Counted from the first letter of the stretch, positions 48,275-58,537 are shown. The stretch is DNA of 64,000 nucleotides from a virus (IMGVR_UViG_2974515140_000001:31280-95279); one strand, 5' to 3'. Notes: generated from the letters alone by a model not told the origin. Translations and numbers: made by a program.

Positions 48275-48480
48275 TGGATTTGAAAGAACTGAATAGTATG
48301 GACGATGAAGAGATTCTTCGCGGGTATATGCAAGCCCGTGAAGGATATGTCCTATCTGGTTTAGAATCTAAGAGTTTCATCCATGGTTGGAGGAACGGAA
48401 TGGTGGACTTCGGCGGTTGTCCTATCACTGAAGAACAAATGAATTTGGCTCGCCAGTATTTGAAAAAGAAGCCGACCTAA
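48271..48480 (+). CDS. hypothetical protein
   Basis: 69 aa, ATGA-coupled to primase. Confidence 0.4.
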   Translation: MMDLKELNSMDDEEILRGYMQAREGYVLSGLESKSFIHGWRNGMVDFGGCPITEEQMNLARQYLKKKPT

Positions 48481-48508
48481 AACTTTTTAACTCAAAAACC
48501 TTCTCTCT

Positions 48509-48534
48509 AGGCCTCATTCTACGAGGCCTTTTAA
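48509..48534 (+). terminator. rho-independent terminator
   Basis: aggcctcattctacgaggcct followed by tttaaaat. Confidence 0.5.
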
Positions 48535-48573
48535 AATACTTCAAAAATAATTTAAAAATTTATTGAAAAAGAC

Positions 48574-48602
48574 TTTACTCTTCAATAATCATGCACTATT
48601 AT
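48574..48602 (+). promoter_or_regulatory. T4-type early promoter (TTTACT-17-TATTAT)
   Basis: ACTTTACTCT then 17 nt then TATTAT. The leader is related to the 7001 and 42609 cassettes. Confidence 0.5.
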
Positions 48603-48679
48603 AGTTCACATAGGGCGGTACACAACACCCCGCCGAATGAAAAGTGAAACGACCCAACTACATTATGAGGAATTACATC

Positions 48680-49168
48680 ATGGCTACTACCAAAACTCTG
48701 ATCACCAACGGCACCATCTCTTTTGAGCTGAACACCGAAGTTGCAAAAGTTGAGATGTTCCGCATCGCTCAGGCAGCTGGCTTCACTGGTGGCAAAACTT
48801 CCTTCATGAATCTGCTGAACGGCAAAGTGAAAGCGACCAACGGCTTCACCCTGGTAGAGCAGGTTGTCGTAGACAAAGCCGTGGTTGCCAAAACTGCTGA
48901 CAAGGTTGGCATGCTGAAAGACCTGGGCCATGACATCCACGTTGTCGAAGCGAATACCGAAACTTACGGCACCATCGTAGTCGGTAAAGGTCGCATTCAG
49001 CTGAACCCGCTGAACAACGGAACCTTCTCCGTGATGGTATTCCCGAAAAAGGGTTATGACAACAGTGATATCGTGAAAGCCGCTGGCGGTGAAGCGAAAT
49101 CCCAGTATGTCAAAATGGGTAAACTGAGCGCCGACGCAGTAGAAACTCTGGTGAACAAACTGGCTTAA
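48680..49168 (+). CDS. hypothetical highly expressed early protein
   Basis: MATTKTLITNG..., bracketed by the promoter above and a strong terminator below. Confidence 0.5.
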   Translation: MATTKTLITNGTISFELNTEVAKVEMFRIAQAAGFTGGKTSFMNLLNGKVKATNGFTLVEQVVVDKAVVAKTADKVGMLKDLGHDIHVVEANTETYGTIVVGKGRIQLNPLNNGTFSVMVFPKKGYDNSDIVKAAGGEAKSQYVKMGKLSADAVETLVNKLA

Positions 49169-49172
49169 CCGC

Positions 49173-49200
49173 AAGGGGGAAACCTCCCCCTTTCAAAGTT
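49173..49200 (+). terminator. rho-independent terminator
   Basis: agggggaaacctccccct followed by ttcaaagtttt. Confidence 0.6.
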
Positions 49201-49218
49201 TTGGTAGGAGAATGAGAC

Positions 49219-49407
49219 ATGAGTAGAGCAATTATCCAAGCCTCTCCTGGCGCTCTATGGGTTGCCGACCGAATTCCCAACGCGCACTTTCCTCAGTTCC
49301 AAGAGGAACTGGAACAAGCGATGTTGAAAATATTTGAAAAATATGGGTATGATTCCGAAGTTAGGACTTCCTTCAAAGAAATCATGCCTGTCGTCGTAGT
49401 CAGATAA
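49219..49407 (+). CDS. hypothetical protein
   Basis: 62 aa with RBS aggagaatgagacATG. Confidence 0.4.
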   Translation: MSRAIIQASPGALWVADRIPNAHFPQFQEELEQAMLKIFEKYGYDSEVRTSFKEIMPVVVVR

Positions 49408-49476
49408 TCGACACTAAATCCTCAAGTTCGACTTTCACTTTAAATACCTTCGCATACATTGCGGAGGTATTTTCTT

Positions 49477-50271
49477 ATGGCCATTCTAAAACTTGGCAAC
49501 CGAGGTTCTGAAGTCAAAGCACTTCAACAAAGCCTCAACAAAATCGGTTTCTCTCTTACAGCCGATGGCATATTTGGTAAGGCAACAGAGAATGCTGTCA
49601 AATCCGTTCAGGCAGGTGCTGGATTGGTTATTGATGGTATTGCTGGGCCAAAGACCTTCTATGCTATCCGCAACGCTGGAGACGCTCATCAGGAACATCT
49701 GACCGAAGCGGACTTGGTTGACGCAGCACGTGAACTTGGTGTTGAGCTGGCCAGTATGAAAGCTGTGAATCAGGTAGAATCCCGTGGCACGGGTTTTACC
49801 AAAACTGGCAAGATCAAAACTCTGTTTGAGCGCCACATCATGTACAAAAAGGTGACGGCCAAATTCGGGCAAGCAAGAGCCAATGCTCTGTACCAACTCT
49901 ATCCAACATTGGTTAACCCCAATTCTGGCGGGTATATCGGCGGAGACGCGGAGTTGGAACGCCTTCAGGGTGCAATCGCCCTTGACGAGGACTGCGCTTA
50001 CGAGAGTGCTTCCTACGGCCTATTCCAGATCATGGGGTTCAACTGCCAAATCTGTGGATATCCAAATGCCAAAGAGATGTTCACTGATTTCCTGACTGGT
50101 GAACGCGCTCATCTTCTGGCATTTGTCAAGTTCATCAAGGCTGATGCCAATATGTGGAAAGCCCTGAAGGACAAGAATTGGGCCGAGTTTGCTCGTCGGT
50201 ACAATGGTCCGGCATATGCGAAAAACCAGTATGATACTAAACTGGCGGCAGCATACAAGAGTTTCTGCTAA
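49477..50271 (+). CDS. endolysin: PG_binding_1 domain plus N-acetylmuramidase (DUF3380/GH108-like)
   Basis: N-terminal LGNRGSEVKALQQ.L...G......DGIFG..T..AVK.FQ. The C-terminus has YGLFQIMG and ARRYNGP.Y..N.Y..KL. Confidence 0.75.
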   Translation: MAILKLGNRGSEVKALQQSLNKIGFSLTADGIFGKATENAVKSVQAGAGLVIDGIAGPKTFYAIRNAGDAHQEHLTEADLVDAARELGVELASMKAVNQVESRGTGFTKTGKIKTLFERHIMYKKVTAKFGQARANALYQLYPTLVNPNSGGYIGGDAELERLQGAIALDEDCAYESASYGLFQIMGFNCQICGYPNAKEMFTDFLTGERAHLLAFVKFIKADANMWKALKDKNWAEFARRYNGPAYAKNQYDTKLAAAYKSFC

Positions 50272-50277
50272 TTCTCA

Positions 50278-50301
50278 AGGCCGGAAACGGCCTTTTTCTT
50301 T
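50278..50301 (+). terminator. rho-independent terminator
   Basis: aaggccggaaacggcctt followed by tttctttat. Confidence 0.6.
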
Positions 50302-50378
50302 ATCTGACATACAGGTATGCTGGGCGTGTCGCTTAATTAAAGGTGTCGACAACCCCTGTAGATATAGGAAGGTTCAAC

Positions 50379-51218
50379 ATGCAATCTGCGTCTAAAGTTG
50401 TATCCATGAAGCCAGCGAAGACAAAATCTGCTCGTAAGAAAGACACCATCCAGAAGGAAGAAGACTGGATGAAGTTTTCCAAAGGCGATTTCAAAATTGC
50501 TCCGTTCAATGGCCTCTCAGAAAATCAGAACCTCGCATATCAATCCGCACTCAATGAACATCTCACTATCGCTATCGGTCCGGCAGGTACAGGCAAATCC
50601 TATTGTGGTGCATCTGCTGCAGCAAAACATCTGATTGACAAAACCATCAACAAGATTATCATCACGCGTTCTCCCCTTCCAACTGGCACCACAGCAGGGT
50701 TCCGGCCTGGTGACACATATGAAAAGCTGATGCCTTATTTGATGCCGCTCATACAGACATTCAAAAAGGTTCTCAAAACAGATACGGGTTCCGACGGTTT
50801 CTTCAACTATCTGTGGGAGAAACGCATCATAGAAATTCAAGACCTTGAAACTGTAAAAGGGATGACTTTCGATGATTGTTTCCTGATTATCGAAGAGGCG
50901 CAGGAATGCGATATGGAGCAGCTGAAGAACTTACTGACCCGTGCTTCAGATTCTTCGTACATCTTCGTGAATGGAGATATCAAACAGTCTAACAAGCGAC
51001 TGCGTGATAGTGCGTTACAGACGTATGTGGATTCCTTTAAAGACTTCAACAACAAGCTGGAAACAGGTTCCTTGCAAATTGACGGCGTAGAAATCGGAGA
51101 TGAATATCCAGAGTGGGTTCAACCATTCAGCATCATCGAATTCGATAAGTCTGATCGTAATGGTCGCGGCAACTTCACCCGCCTGATGTTAGAAATTAAC
51201 GACCTGTACAACATTTAA
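50379..51218 (+). CDS. phoH: PhoH-family ATPase
   Basis: Walker A GPAGTGKSY and the overall PhoH layout common in T4-like phages. Confidence 0.7.
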   Translation: MQSASKVVSMKPAKTKSARKKDTIQKEEDWMKFSKGDFKIAPFNGLSENQNLAYQSALNEHLTIAIGPAGTGKSYCGASAAAKHLIDKTINKIIITRSPLPTGTTAGFRPGDTYEKLMPYLMPLIQTFKKVLKTDTGSDGFFNYLWEKRIIEIQDLETVKGMTFDDCFLIIEEAQECDMEQLKNLLTRASDSSYIFVNGDIKQSNKRLRDSALQTYVDSFKDFNNKLETGSLQIDGVEIGDEYPEWVQPFSIIEFDKSDRNGRGNFTRLMLEINDLYNI

Positions 51219-51302
51219 ATACCACACGAACTTCCCCGTCGCCTTCAATCCATGGAGGCGACGTATAATAACAGCCTGCATTAACACAAACCGAGGATCG
51301 CT

Positions 51303-53579
51303 ATGATTAACATCATAAAGCGGGACGGATCTTCTGTCCCCTTTGACATTGAAAAACTCCACACTGTTCTTGAACGTGCATGTGAAGGTTTAGAAGGAGT
51401 TTCAGTGTCTGAGGTAGAAGCAGCATCGAAGATTCAGTTCACAGACAATATGAAAACCGAACGCATTCAGGATATTATCATCCAAGCGGCGGCTACATTG
51501 ATTTCCGTAGAAAAACCCAACTACCAATATGTTGCTGCCCGCCTGAAGTCGTATGACCTGCGCAAGGTTGTCTATGGGCGGTACAAACCACCTCATTTGC
51601 TTGATATCTTCGCTAAAAACATCAAGCAGGGAGTTTATGATCGTGAATTCCTCGAACTTTACTCTAAACAAGAATTCGAAGAACTTAACACAGTCATCAA
51701 CCACAAACGCGACAAGAATTTCACTTGGGCAGCAATGGGCCAGCTGACTCAAAAATATCTTTTGCGTGATCGTTCTTCTGACAGCAAAGTGTATTATGAA
51801 ACCCCTCAAGTCATGTACATGGCAATCGCTATGGCATTATTCTCAGCGTGGGATAAAGAAAGCAGACTGACAATGGTGAAGAAGTTCTATGAATACGCCA
51901 GTACAGGCAAATTCAGTCTTCCAACACCTATTATGTCCGGCGTCCGCACCCCGACCCGACAGTTCAGCTCTTGTGTATTGATCAAAACTGGTGATACATT
52001 GGACTCAATTAATGCCACTGCGAAAAGCATCGTGGATTATGTTTCCAAACGTGCTGGCATCGGATTCGATGTTGGGGCAATTCGTGGCATCGGTAGCCCT
52101 ATCCGTAAAGGGGAAATGGTCCATACAGGTCTGGTTCCATTCATCAAGTATTTGACTGGTGCCCTGAAGTCTTGCTCTCAAGGCGGTATCCGTGGTGGAT
52201 CGGCAACATGCTATGTTCCCATCTGGCATTATCAATTTGATGATGTCGTTGTTCTCAAAAACAACCGTGGATTGGAAGAGAACCGTGAACGCCGTATCGA
52301 CTATGGGATTCAGATTAACCGCGTCATGTTCGAGCGCCTGGTGAACAAACAGCCTCTATACCTGTTTGATCCAAAAGACAACCGCGAAATGTATGAAGCA
52401 TTTTTCTCAGACGTCAATAAATTCCGCGAAATGTACGACAATATGATCAAGGCTGCCGACGCCGGATTATGTCGTTCCAAAAAGCTGCAAGCTGAAGAAG
52501 TGTTCCAAATGCTACTAGACCAGCGTTCTGACACTGGCCGGATCTACATCGCATTCGTTGATCACATGAACGAGTATAGTCCGTTCAATTTGGACACGAT
52601 TTATAGCTCTAATCTATGTTTAGAAATCGCGCTCCCGACTCGTGAGTTCCAACAGTATGATGATGAAGATGGTCGCATTGCCCTGTGTACACTCGCATCA
52701 TTTAACCTGACGGCATTTGAAGATCCAACAGAAATGGAAGATGTTGCTTTCGTTCTGGTTTCAGCTTTGGATATGTTGTTGGAATATCAGGACTACCCAG
52801 CTCGCCAAGCCCGTTTGGCCGTAGAAGAATATCGTCCTCTGGGTATCGGTATCGTCAACGTCGCACATTTCCTGGCCAAGAATTTCACGGGTTATGGATC
52901 GCCTATCGGATTAGAACTTCTAGACAAGTGGATGGCGCATCTTCATTTCTACTTGGTCAAAGCGTCCAACCGTCTGGCCATGCGTTTCGGATCTTGTAAG
53001 AAGTCAACTATCCATGATTCCGGATTTGTGACAGCCGACCTTCAGCCTCTCCCGCTGGACATCCTACCCAATGGCAAAAAGCCTGTTGGGCAAGCCTATG
53101 GTCTTGACTGGGAAGGTCTTAAGCAGAACCTATCCGAGTATGGGATCCGTAACGCCACGTTGTTAGCCGTAGCACCAACTGAAAGCTCCTCTCAGGTGCT
53201 GAACGCAACGAACGGTATAGAGCCACCAAAAGGTCTCATCAGTATCAAAGGCAGCAAGGATGGCGTCTACAAGCAGATCGTTCCGGACGTTGAAACCCTT
53301 GGTCCTCTATATGACCTGAAATGGAATCTGGATTGTATTGAATACCTGAAGACGGCTGCGGTCATACAACGTTGGGTAGATCAATCTATCAGTACCAACA
53401 CATGGTATGACCCAGAGAAATATCCAGAAGGCAAGATCCCGCGCTCTCTTATGATGCAGGATATTCTGTCTTTCTACATGTGGGGTGGTAAAACTCTGTA
53501 TTACAACACCAACAAAGACTCCAAGGAAGATGAAGAGTTGAAACAAGTTGAAGAAATTTGTGATACCTGTGTTGTTTGA
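51303..53579 (+). CDS. nrdA: aerobic ribonucleotide reductase alpha subunit
   Basis: ATP-cone N-terminus, active-site SNLCLEIALP, and a C-terminal redox Cys pair. Confidence 0.9.
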   Translation: MINIIKRDGSSVPFDIEKLHTVLERACEGLEGVSVSEVEAASKIQFTDNMKTERIQDIIIQAAATLISVEKPNYQYVAARLKSYDLRKVVYGRYKPPHLLDIFAKNIKQGVYDREFLELYSKQEFEELNTVINHKRDKNFTWAAMGQLTQKYLLRDRSSDSKVYYETPQVMYMAIAMALFSAWDKESRLTMVKKFYEYASTGKFSLPTPIMSGVRTPTRQFSSCVLIKTGDTLDSINATAKSIVDYVSKRAGIGFDVGAIRGIGSPIRKGEMVHTGLVPFIKYLTGALKSCSQGGIRGGSATCYVPIWHYQFDDVVVLKNNRGLEENRERRIDYGIQINRVMFERLVNKQPLYLFDPKDNREMYEAFFSDVNKFREMYDNMIKAADAGLCRSKKLQAEEVFQMLLDQRSDTGRIYIAFVDHMNEYSPFNLDTIYSSNLCLEIALPTREFQQYDDEDGRIALCTLASFNLTAFEDPTEMEDVAFVLVSALDMLLEYQDYPARQARLAVEEYRPLGIGIVNVAHFLAKNFTGYGSPIGLELLDKWMAHLHFYLVKASNRLAMRFGSCKKSTIHDSGFVTADLQPLPLDILPNGKKPVGQAYGLDWEGLKQNLSEYGIRNATLLAVAPTESSSQVLNATNGIEPPKGLISIKGSKDGVYKQIVPDVETLGPLYDLKWNLDCIEYLKTAAVIQRWVDQSISTNTWYDPEKYPEGKIPRSLMMQDILSFYMWGGKTLYYNTNKDSKEDEELKQVEEICDTCVV

Positions 53580-53649
53580 TTAGGTCTATACAACACAAAC
53601 GTTTAATATCAGGGGTGATTCGTCACCCCTTATTCATCAGGAAAGAAAC

Positions 53650-54753
53650 ATGAACGAACAAAAGCAATTTTCAGTATTTGACCCATCTTCAGATAATACA
53701 GGACTGCCGTTCTTTGGCGACCCTGTGAGCATTCAGCGCTATGACATCGTGGCATGGCCTTTTGTACAGAAGTGGTATGAGAAAGGTCTCAGCCAGTTCT
53801 GGCGTCCGGAAGAAGTGGATGTCACCAAAGACAAAGCAGACTTTGCCACTCTATCCGCTGCGGAACAACACATCTACTTCAGCAACCTGAAACGCCAAAC
53901 CATGCTGGACTCTATTCAGGGCGCTGCTCCGTTCGAAGCGTTTGGCCCATGGGCATCAACTCCGGAAATCCAATTTGCTATTCTGGAGTGGACGCGCCAA
54001 GAAGCCATCCACTCACTATCTTACACGCATATCCTTCGTAACACAGTGAATGATCCTGGTATCGTTTTTGACCATGTTCTGGACGTTCAGGAGATCGTCG
54101 ATTGCGCCGGACAGATCAGCGTGTACTACGACGACATGGTGCGTTACAGCGGGATGCGTATGGCTGGACGCGCGTTCACCCGTGAAGACATCATGAACGC
54201 CAAGCGTGCATTCTGGCGTGCTCTGTTTGCTGCTAACTCCCTCGAAGGCGTTCGTTTCTATGTTTCATTTGCGTGTTCTTGGGCATTCATGCAATTCCTC
54301 AACAAAATGGAAGGCAACGCTAAAATCATCCGTCAGATTGCTCGTGATGAGCAAGATCACCTCATCCTGACCCAGACTTTCCTGAACCGTCTGCCGCTGT
54401 TGGACCCTGATTTTGCCATTATTAGAGAAGAACTGCGCGGCGAAATGACCCAGATGTATGTCGACGTTGTCAACCAAGAAAAAGAATGGGCGAATTATCT
54501 GTTCAAAGACGGCTCAATGCTGGGACTGAATGCCAATATCCTTCATCAAATGGTGGACTGGTTGGCAACACATCGTATGGGGGCTATTGGCCACCCATAC
54601 CCAGGACAAGCCCGTAAAGACAATCCGGTGCCATGGATAAATGAGTGGCTAGATAATAAAACAATGCAATATGCATTACAGGAAGCGGAAGCTCCTGATT
54701 ATCTGACTGGTGTCCTTACTGGATCAGTCTCCGACGGTCTGAAATTTGCCTAA
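53650..54753 (+). CDS. nrdB: ribonucleotide reductase beta subunit
   Basis: Ferritin-like di-iron motifs (EAIHS, E..H) and a C-terminal alpha-binding tail. Confidence 0.9.
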   Translation: MNEQKQFSVFDPSSDNTGLPFFGDPVSIQRYDIVAWPFVQKWYEKGLSQFWRPEEVDVTKDKADFATLSAAEQHIYFSNLKRQTMLDSIQGAAPFEAFGPWASTPEIQFAILEWTRQEAIHSLSYTHILRNTVNDPGIVFDHVLDVQEIVDCAGQISVYYDDMVRYSGMRMAGRAFTREDIMNAKRAFWRALFAANSLEGVRFYVSFACSWAFMQFLNKMEGNAKIIRQIARDEQDHLILTQTFLNRLPLLDPDFAIIREELRGEMTQMYVDVVNQEKEWANYLFKDGSMLGLNANILHQMVDWLATHRMGAIGHPYPGQARKDNPVPWINEWLDNKTMQYALQEAEAPDYLTGVLTGSVSDGLKFA

Positions 54754-54762
54754 AGGTGAGAA

Positions 54763-54987
54763 ATGATTACGATTTATTCCAAACAAGGTTGTGCGCAATG
54801 TTTACAAGCTGAAAACATCTGTCGCATTCGCGGTATTGAACACCAAATTCTGAAGCTAGACAAAGACTACAAGCTGGAAGAATTACAGAAAATCACTGGT
54901 AAGCAACGCATGTCTATGCCCGTGATTGTTCTGGCTGACCAAACCGTGACCGACGTTACTGGACTCGCCGCAAGTTTGAAACGCTGA
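54763..54987 (+). CDS. NrdH/glutaredoxin-like redoxin
   Basis: IYSKQGCAQCLQA CxxC motif. 74 aa. Directly downstream of nrdB. Confidence 0.6.
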   Translation: MITIYSKQGCAQCLQAENICRIRGIEHQILKLDKDYKLEELQKITGKQRMSMPVIVLADQTVTDVTGLAASLKR

Positions 54988-54995
54988 TCTTTCAA

Positions 54996-55015
54996 AGCCC
55001 CTCATTGAGGGGCTT
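54996..55015 (+). terminator. rho-independent terminator
   Basis: agcccctcattgaggggct, overlapping the next -35. Confidence 0.55.
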
Positions 55016-55042
55016 TACTTTTGAAACCTTTCCGCCTATACT
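55014..55042 (+). promoter_or_regulatory. T4-type early promoter (TTTACT-17-TATACT)
   Basis: GCTTTACTTT then 17 nt then TATACT. The leader ends AGGAACTATATCATGAC as at 26449 and 27008. Confidence 0.5.
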
Positions 55043-55093
55043 TCCCAGTAATTCATTGGCAAACGCCACAAATTGAATAGCAGGAACTATATC

Positions 55094-55327
55094 ATGACCA
55101 ACTCTGAAATATATCATGCTTCTATGCATTATCACGACCTACGCGCCCGTCCAGGACACGCCAAACAAAAAGCATTCTGGGTGGCAGAACTCAGATTACG
55201 CCGTGCTGTCGTTAACCACCAAATAATCATGAATCGGAAAAACGACAAATCACCGTTGTTGGCAGATTCTTATCTTGAACTCCGCACAGCCTATGAACAA
55301 GCCAAACAGCACGTAATAGGAGCATAA
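55094..55327 (+). CDS. hypothetical protein
   Basis: 77 aa starting MTNSEIYH behind the early promoter. The track's TTG start at 55073 is unlikely. Confidence 0.45.
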   Translation: MTNSEIYHASMHYHDLRARPGHAKQKAFWVAELRLRRAVVNHQIIMNRKNDKSPLLADSYLELRTAYEQAKQHVIGA

Positions 55328-55328
55328 T

Positions 55329-55790
55329 ATGTCCAACAAATTACTCACCAACCCCCGCCACAACTTTGGTTATATCCAATTACCAGAAGTGATAGACACG
55401 TTGTTTGCTGAAGACAAGGAAGAAGTTTGTTGGGCACCAGCGACCCTTATTGAACGCGAAATTTTCAAATCTGAAGTAGACGTGATGTTCCGCATCGGTT
55501 CATCCGGAGACCTCCATTATTTGGGGAAAGTGACCGAGTTAAAGACCTGCCATGCTCAAAGATTTTTGCGCATTGACACCACTCAATGTGAAGACTTTTC
55601 ATTCATCATTCTGCGTGAATATGTTCAGGTCAACCGTCCTGTGTATCAACACCGTCCTTATTTGACGTCGATGCATATAGACAATTATATTTCTGACATT
55701 CATTTACGTGCATCAACTATCCATGAAGAAGATTCTGGTGTCGCGGTTGATACGGTACTCAACATGATTGTGATTACGTTGGTGCCATGA
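55329..55790 (+). CDS. hypothetical protein
   Basis: 153 aa, coupled (TAATATG). Confidence 0.45.
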   Translation: MSNKLLTNPRHNFGYIQLPEVIDTLFAEDKEEVCWAPATLIEREIFKSEVDVMFRIGSSGDLHYLGKVTELKTCHAQRFLRIDTTQCEDFSFIILREYVQVNRPVYQHRPYLTSMHIDNYISDIHLRASTIHEEDSGVAVDTVLNMIVITLVP

Positions 55791-55791
55791 T

Positions 55792-56130
55792 ATGTATAAA
55801 TTCCCGATATTAGAGACGGTGTATTCCGTCAATAACAAAGAAGAACCTTTATTTGAAAATTTAGATACCCTGTTAAAGGAAAGCGCACATGTTCCTCTTG
55901 TCCTCAAAGGGAAAGAAATAGGGTACAGCCATGACTGTCAAATAATGCGTTCTGAAGGCAGTGATATCCTTCGCATTCGTTTAACATTTGTGTTGACGGG
56001 GAGACTAGATGGTATGGTGGTTAACCTAAAGCCAACCACCATAGTCCATAGAATAGGTGGGAAATTACTGTACCGTTTACTGACGCATTTTGAAATAATT
56101 ACCAACCGCTCCAATACCAACGCACCTTAA
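55792..56130 (+). CDS. hypothetical protein
   Basis: 112 aa, coupled (TGATATG). Confidence 0.4.
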   Translation: MYKFPILETVYSVNNKEEPLFENLDTLLKESAHVPLVLKGKEIGYSHDCQIMRSEGSDILRIRLTFVLTGRLDGMVVNLKPTTIVHRIGGKLLYRLLTHFEIITNRSNTNAP

Positions 56131-56511
56131 TCAGTTTGTGCGTTTTAACCATATGGTGTCTGTTATCGGCTCTGGGTTGTTGACCACATAGAACGTGATG
56201 GTTACGCCCAGAGAATGATAATCGTCCGACAATGATACATCAACAGATTGCAATTCAGCTCTTGGCTCAAAAAGAGCAATGGCATCTTCAACTTTGTTCT
56301 TCACGTCGACCTGTATCGTGGGATTTGTGTTTTCCCCCAACATGGTATACAACCCTGCCCCAATACTCGGATACGTCGGCCAATCACCTACCGTCGACAT
56401 CACTATATTACGCACAGATTGTAGTACAGCATAAATGCCTGTTTTCTTAGTGACATCTTTGGTGACCGGATGCATGCCAAACTTCAGGTCAATGTCCTTG
56501 TACTCTTTCAT
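56131..56511 (-). CDS. 25: baseplate wedge subunit gp25 (GPW/lysozyme-like fold)
   Basis: MKEYKDIDLKFGMHP...GDWPTYPSIGAGL...EPR aligns with the T4 gp25 family. Confidence 0.65.
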   Translation of the reverse strand: MKEYKDIDLKFGMHPVTKDVTKKTGIYAVLQSVRNIVMSTVGDWPTYPSIGAGLYTMLGENTNPTIQVDVKNKVEDAIALFEPRAELQSVDVSLSDDYHSLGVTITFYVVNNPEPITDTIWLKRTN

Positions 56512-56575
56512 GTTAAACCCCTTTGGATATTGCCTCTCCAGCACGAGAGGGCATTATCTGCCCTCACCAGTGTAA

Positions 56576-58201
56576 TCATGCGCCTTTACCACCAAAATTG
56601 CCACCGTTATCCTCTAACTCCGGTTTTATATCAATTGGACCTGGGCCTGTAGTTGTTACAGGAGTTGCCCCCGCACGTGAGGCGGCGCGACCAGCGCCTT
56701 CAGCATATTTGATGTTGCCTTCAATAGTCTGCGCCACCGACAACTTATCACAAACTATTTCACTAGCCAGTATTTTAGGCACTTTCAAAGTATTGGAAAC
56801 TTCCAACATTTCACAGATGAGACGCAACACGTTCTGTGCCTGTATCTCTGCCAATTGGGAAAATTTCATCAACGCCGTGCCAGCGACCACATTGGAGTAG
56901 TTAGAAGAGTGCAAGTGGTAAACTTCTCCTGTCTTACGCTGTACTTCAGTCCCGCCGATAGTCAGGTTATGATCGCGCCCCACATAATAACGTTTGTCAA
57001 ACATCGTCAGATCATAATGATCTTTGACTGATTTATTGACCACGTCCCCGTCAGGAAGCATCTGCTTATAAGACCCCGAGGAGTGCATCCAATGGAGACG
57101 TTCCCCGCCTGGAGTGTCATCAACCTCCATAATATGCCCCGACCGAGATGCCATGACATTGTTGTAAGGATAACGAGACCCGCCAGCAGAAGGAACCGAC
57201 ACCTCTCCTGTGTTATCAATATCTTGAACACGCCCAGAAGGAGGCGGAGTTTCCTGAACTTTTGGTGTACGATCAGGGATTGGCTCAGACCATTTACCAT
57301 TTTGTTGCGCAGGAGCCGCCGATGCTGTCGTAGCAGGACCAGGCCAACGATAACCCAACACAGATGAGCGGCTGAAGCGACTCACCTTCACAGAATCGGA
57401 TTGGTTTCCCCCGATACACCAAACGTAGTTGGCGTCAAATTTCTGAACGAATGCAACGTGACCGAATGTCGGGTTGTTCCCGCGCCGGAACACTACAACA
57501 GCGCCGTAACGTGGTTCTGACAGAGGAGATCCCCATTGTAGATATGAACGAGCCAAAGCAGAACGCGTTGATGTATATCCGGCCTGTATCAGAACCCATC
57601 CGACAAACGACGCACACCAACTAACTTCATCTTCTGAAGCCCCCAGGGAAGTTGTCTTATGATATTCCAATATCCTTGGGTTGTTATTGAATTTGCCAGA
57701 ATATTCTTTGACACCTAATTCACCACGAGCCACTGTCATCCATTTCTCAGGATCATAACCGTCCACAGGCGGTTGAGGTTCTGGTTGTGGGTCGTCTTCA
57801 ATCTTAACAGGAACATTCTCGACGGCATTATACTTCTGCCTTTCTATAGATTGAACGACCTGACCCAGCGCCAATGGGTTTGTATCTGACCCATCTGTTG
57901 GTGTTGCTGCTGGCCATACCCATGCAATACGGATGTTCTGATATGCTTCATCCAAAGCAAACCCCATAACGTCAGAGCCGACAGTGATACCCGTCGGAGA
58001 CCAGCCTAAACCTGCCGAGGAGGCGTTAGATGCTGGCATAAGCATTTTACCCCAAGGCAATAATTCTGTAGGCAGGAGAGTGGTATCCTCCGTGTGTACC
58101 CCATAGATGCGTACTGCGACGCGCCCGTTTTGATCGGGATCATTCACGTCTTCAACGCGCCCGTAAAACCAACGCAAGTTGTCTAACATATTGAAACCCA
58201 T
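56576..58201 (-). CDS. gp5-like baseplate hub / cell-puncturing protein with CHAP peptidase domain
   Basis: N-terminal gp5 OB-fold (GRVEDVNDPDQNGRVAVRIYGVH). A central CHAP domain (SWCASFVGWVL...GHVAFV) replaces the T4 lysozyme domain. Confidence 0.5.
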   Translation of the reverse strand: MGFNMLDNLRWFYGRVEDVNDPDQNGRVAVRIYGVHTEDTTLLPTELLPWGKMLMPASNASSAGLGWSPTGITVGSDVMGFALDEAYQNIRIAWVWPAATPTDGSDTNPLALGQVVQSIERQKYNAVENVPVKIEDDPQPEPQPPVDGYDPEKWMTVARGELGVKEYSGKFNNNPRILEYHKTTSLGASEDEVSWCASFVGWVLIQAGYTSTRSALARSYLQWGSPLSEPRYGAVVVFRRGNNPTFGHVAFVQKFDANYVWCIGGNQSDSVKVSRFSRSSVLGYRWPGPATTASAAPAQQNGKWSEPIPDRTPKVQETPPPSGRVQDIDNTGEVSVPSAGGSRYPYNNVMASRSGHIMEVDDTPGGERLHWMHSSGSYKQMLPDGDVVNKSVKDHYDLTMFDKRYYVGRDHNLTIGGTEVQRKTGEVYHLHSSNYSNVVAGTALMKFSQLAEIQAQNVLRLICEMLEVSNTLKVPKILASEIVCDKLSVAQTIEGNIKYAEGAGRAASRAGATPVTTTGPGPIDIKPELEDNGGNFGGKGA

Positions 58202-58221
58202 TAGTCAATTAGAATCATGTG

Positions 58222-58230
58222 ATATTTATG
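58222..58230 (-). promoter_or_regulatory. late-promoter-like CATAAATAT (minus strand)
   Basis: About 21 nt upstream of the gp5-like start on the minus strand. Only the ATAAATA core is matched. Confidence 0.3.
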
Positions 58231-58537
58231 GCGGGGATTTGAAATCTGTCGAATAATATATTATAGGAAGCTCTGCTTCCGTTCAACCTTTATTCTTTTC
58301 GTTCCTACTCGCTGAAGCTCGTAACACCGCCTTGACAGGCAGTCCCATTCCAATGCCATGGAGGCATAAAGGCGAGGAAAATACTGTACACCTCAGAACA
58401 TGCGTAGAAAAGCATTATTTTTGTTTCAAAACAAATTCAAAACAGATTTACACAACATTCACATCAGGAACAATTGTGTTATAGCAATTTCGGGTTAAAC
58501 AATCCTTTCTTAAACGGTAATACAGGTAAGCAAAGAA

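Noticed and set aside
48644-48679. Upstream in-frame ATG (MKRPNYIM...) ahead of gene 48680, with analogous MKRRNYIM at 42664 and a TTG start at 55073
   Set aside because: The conserved nucleotides are part of the duplicated leader and RBS. In the 7-kb copy the same ATG is out of frame, so the conservation is at RNA level. The downstream ATG with its 8-nt-spaced GGA Shine-Dalgarno is the likely start.
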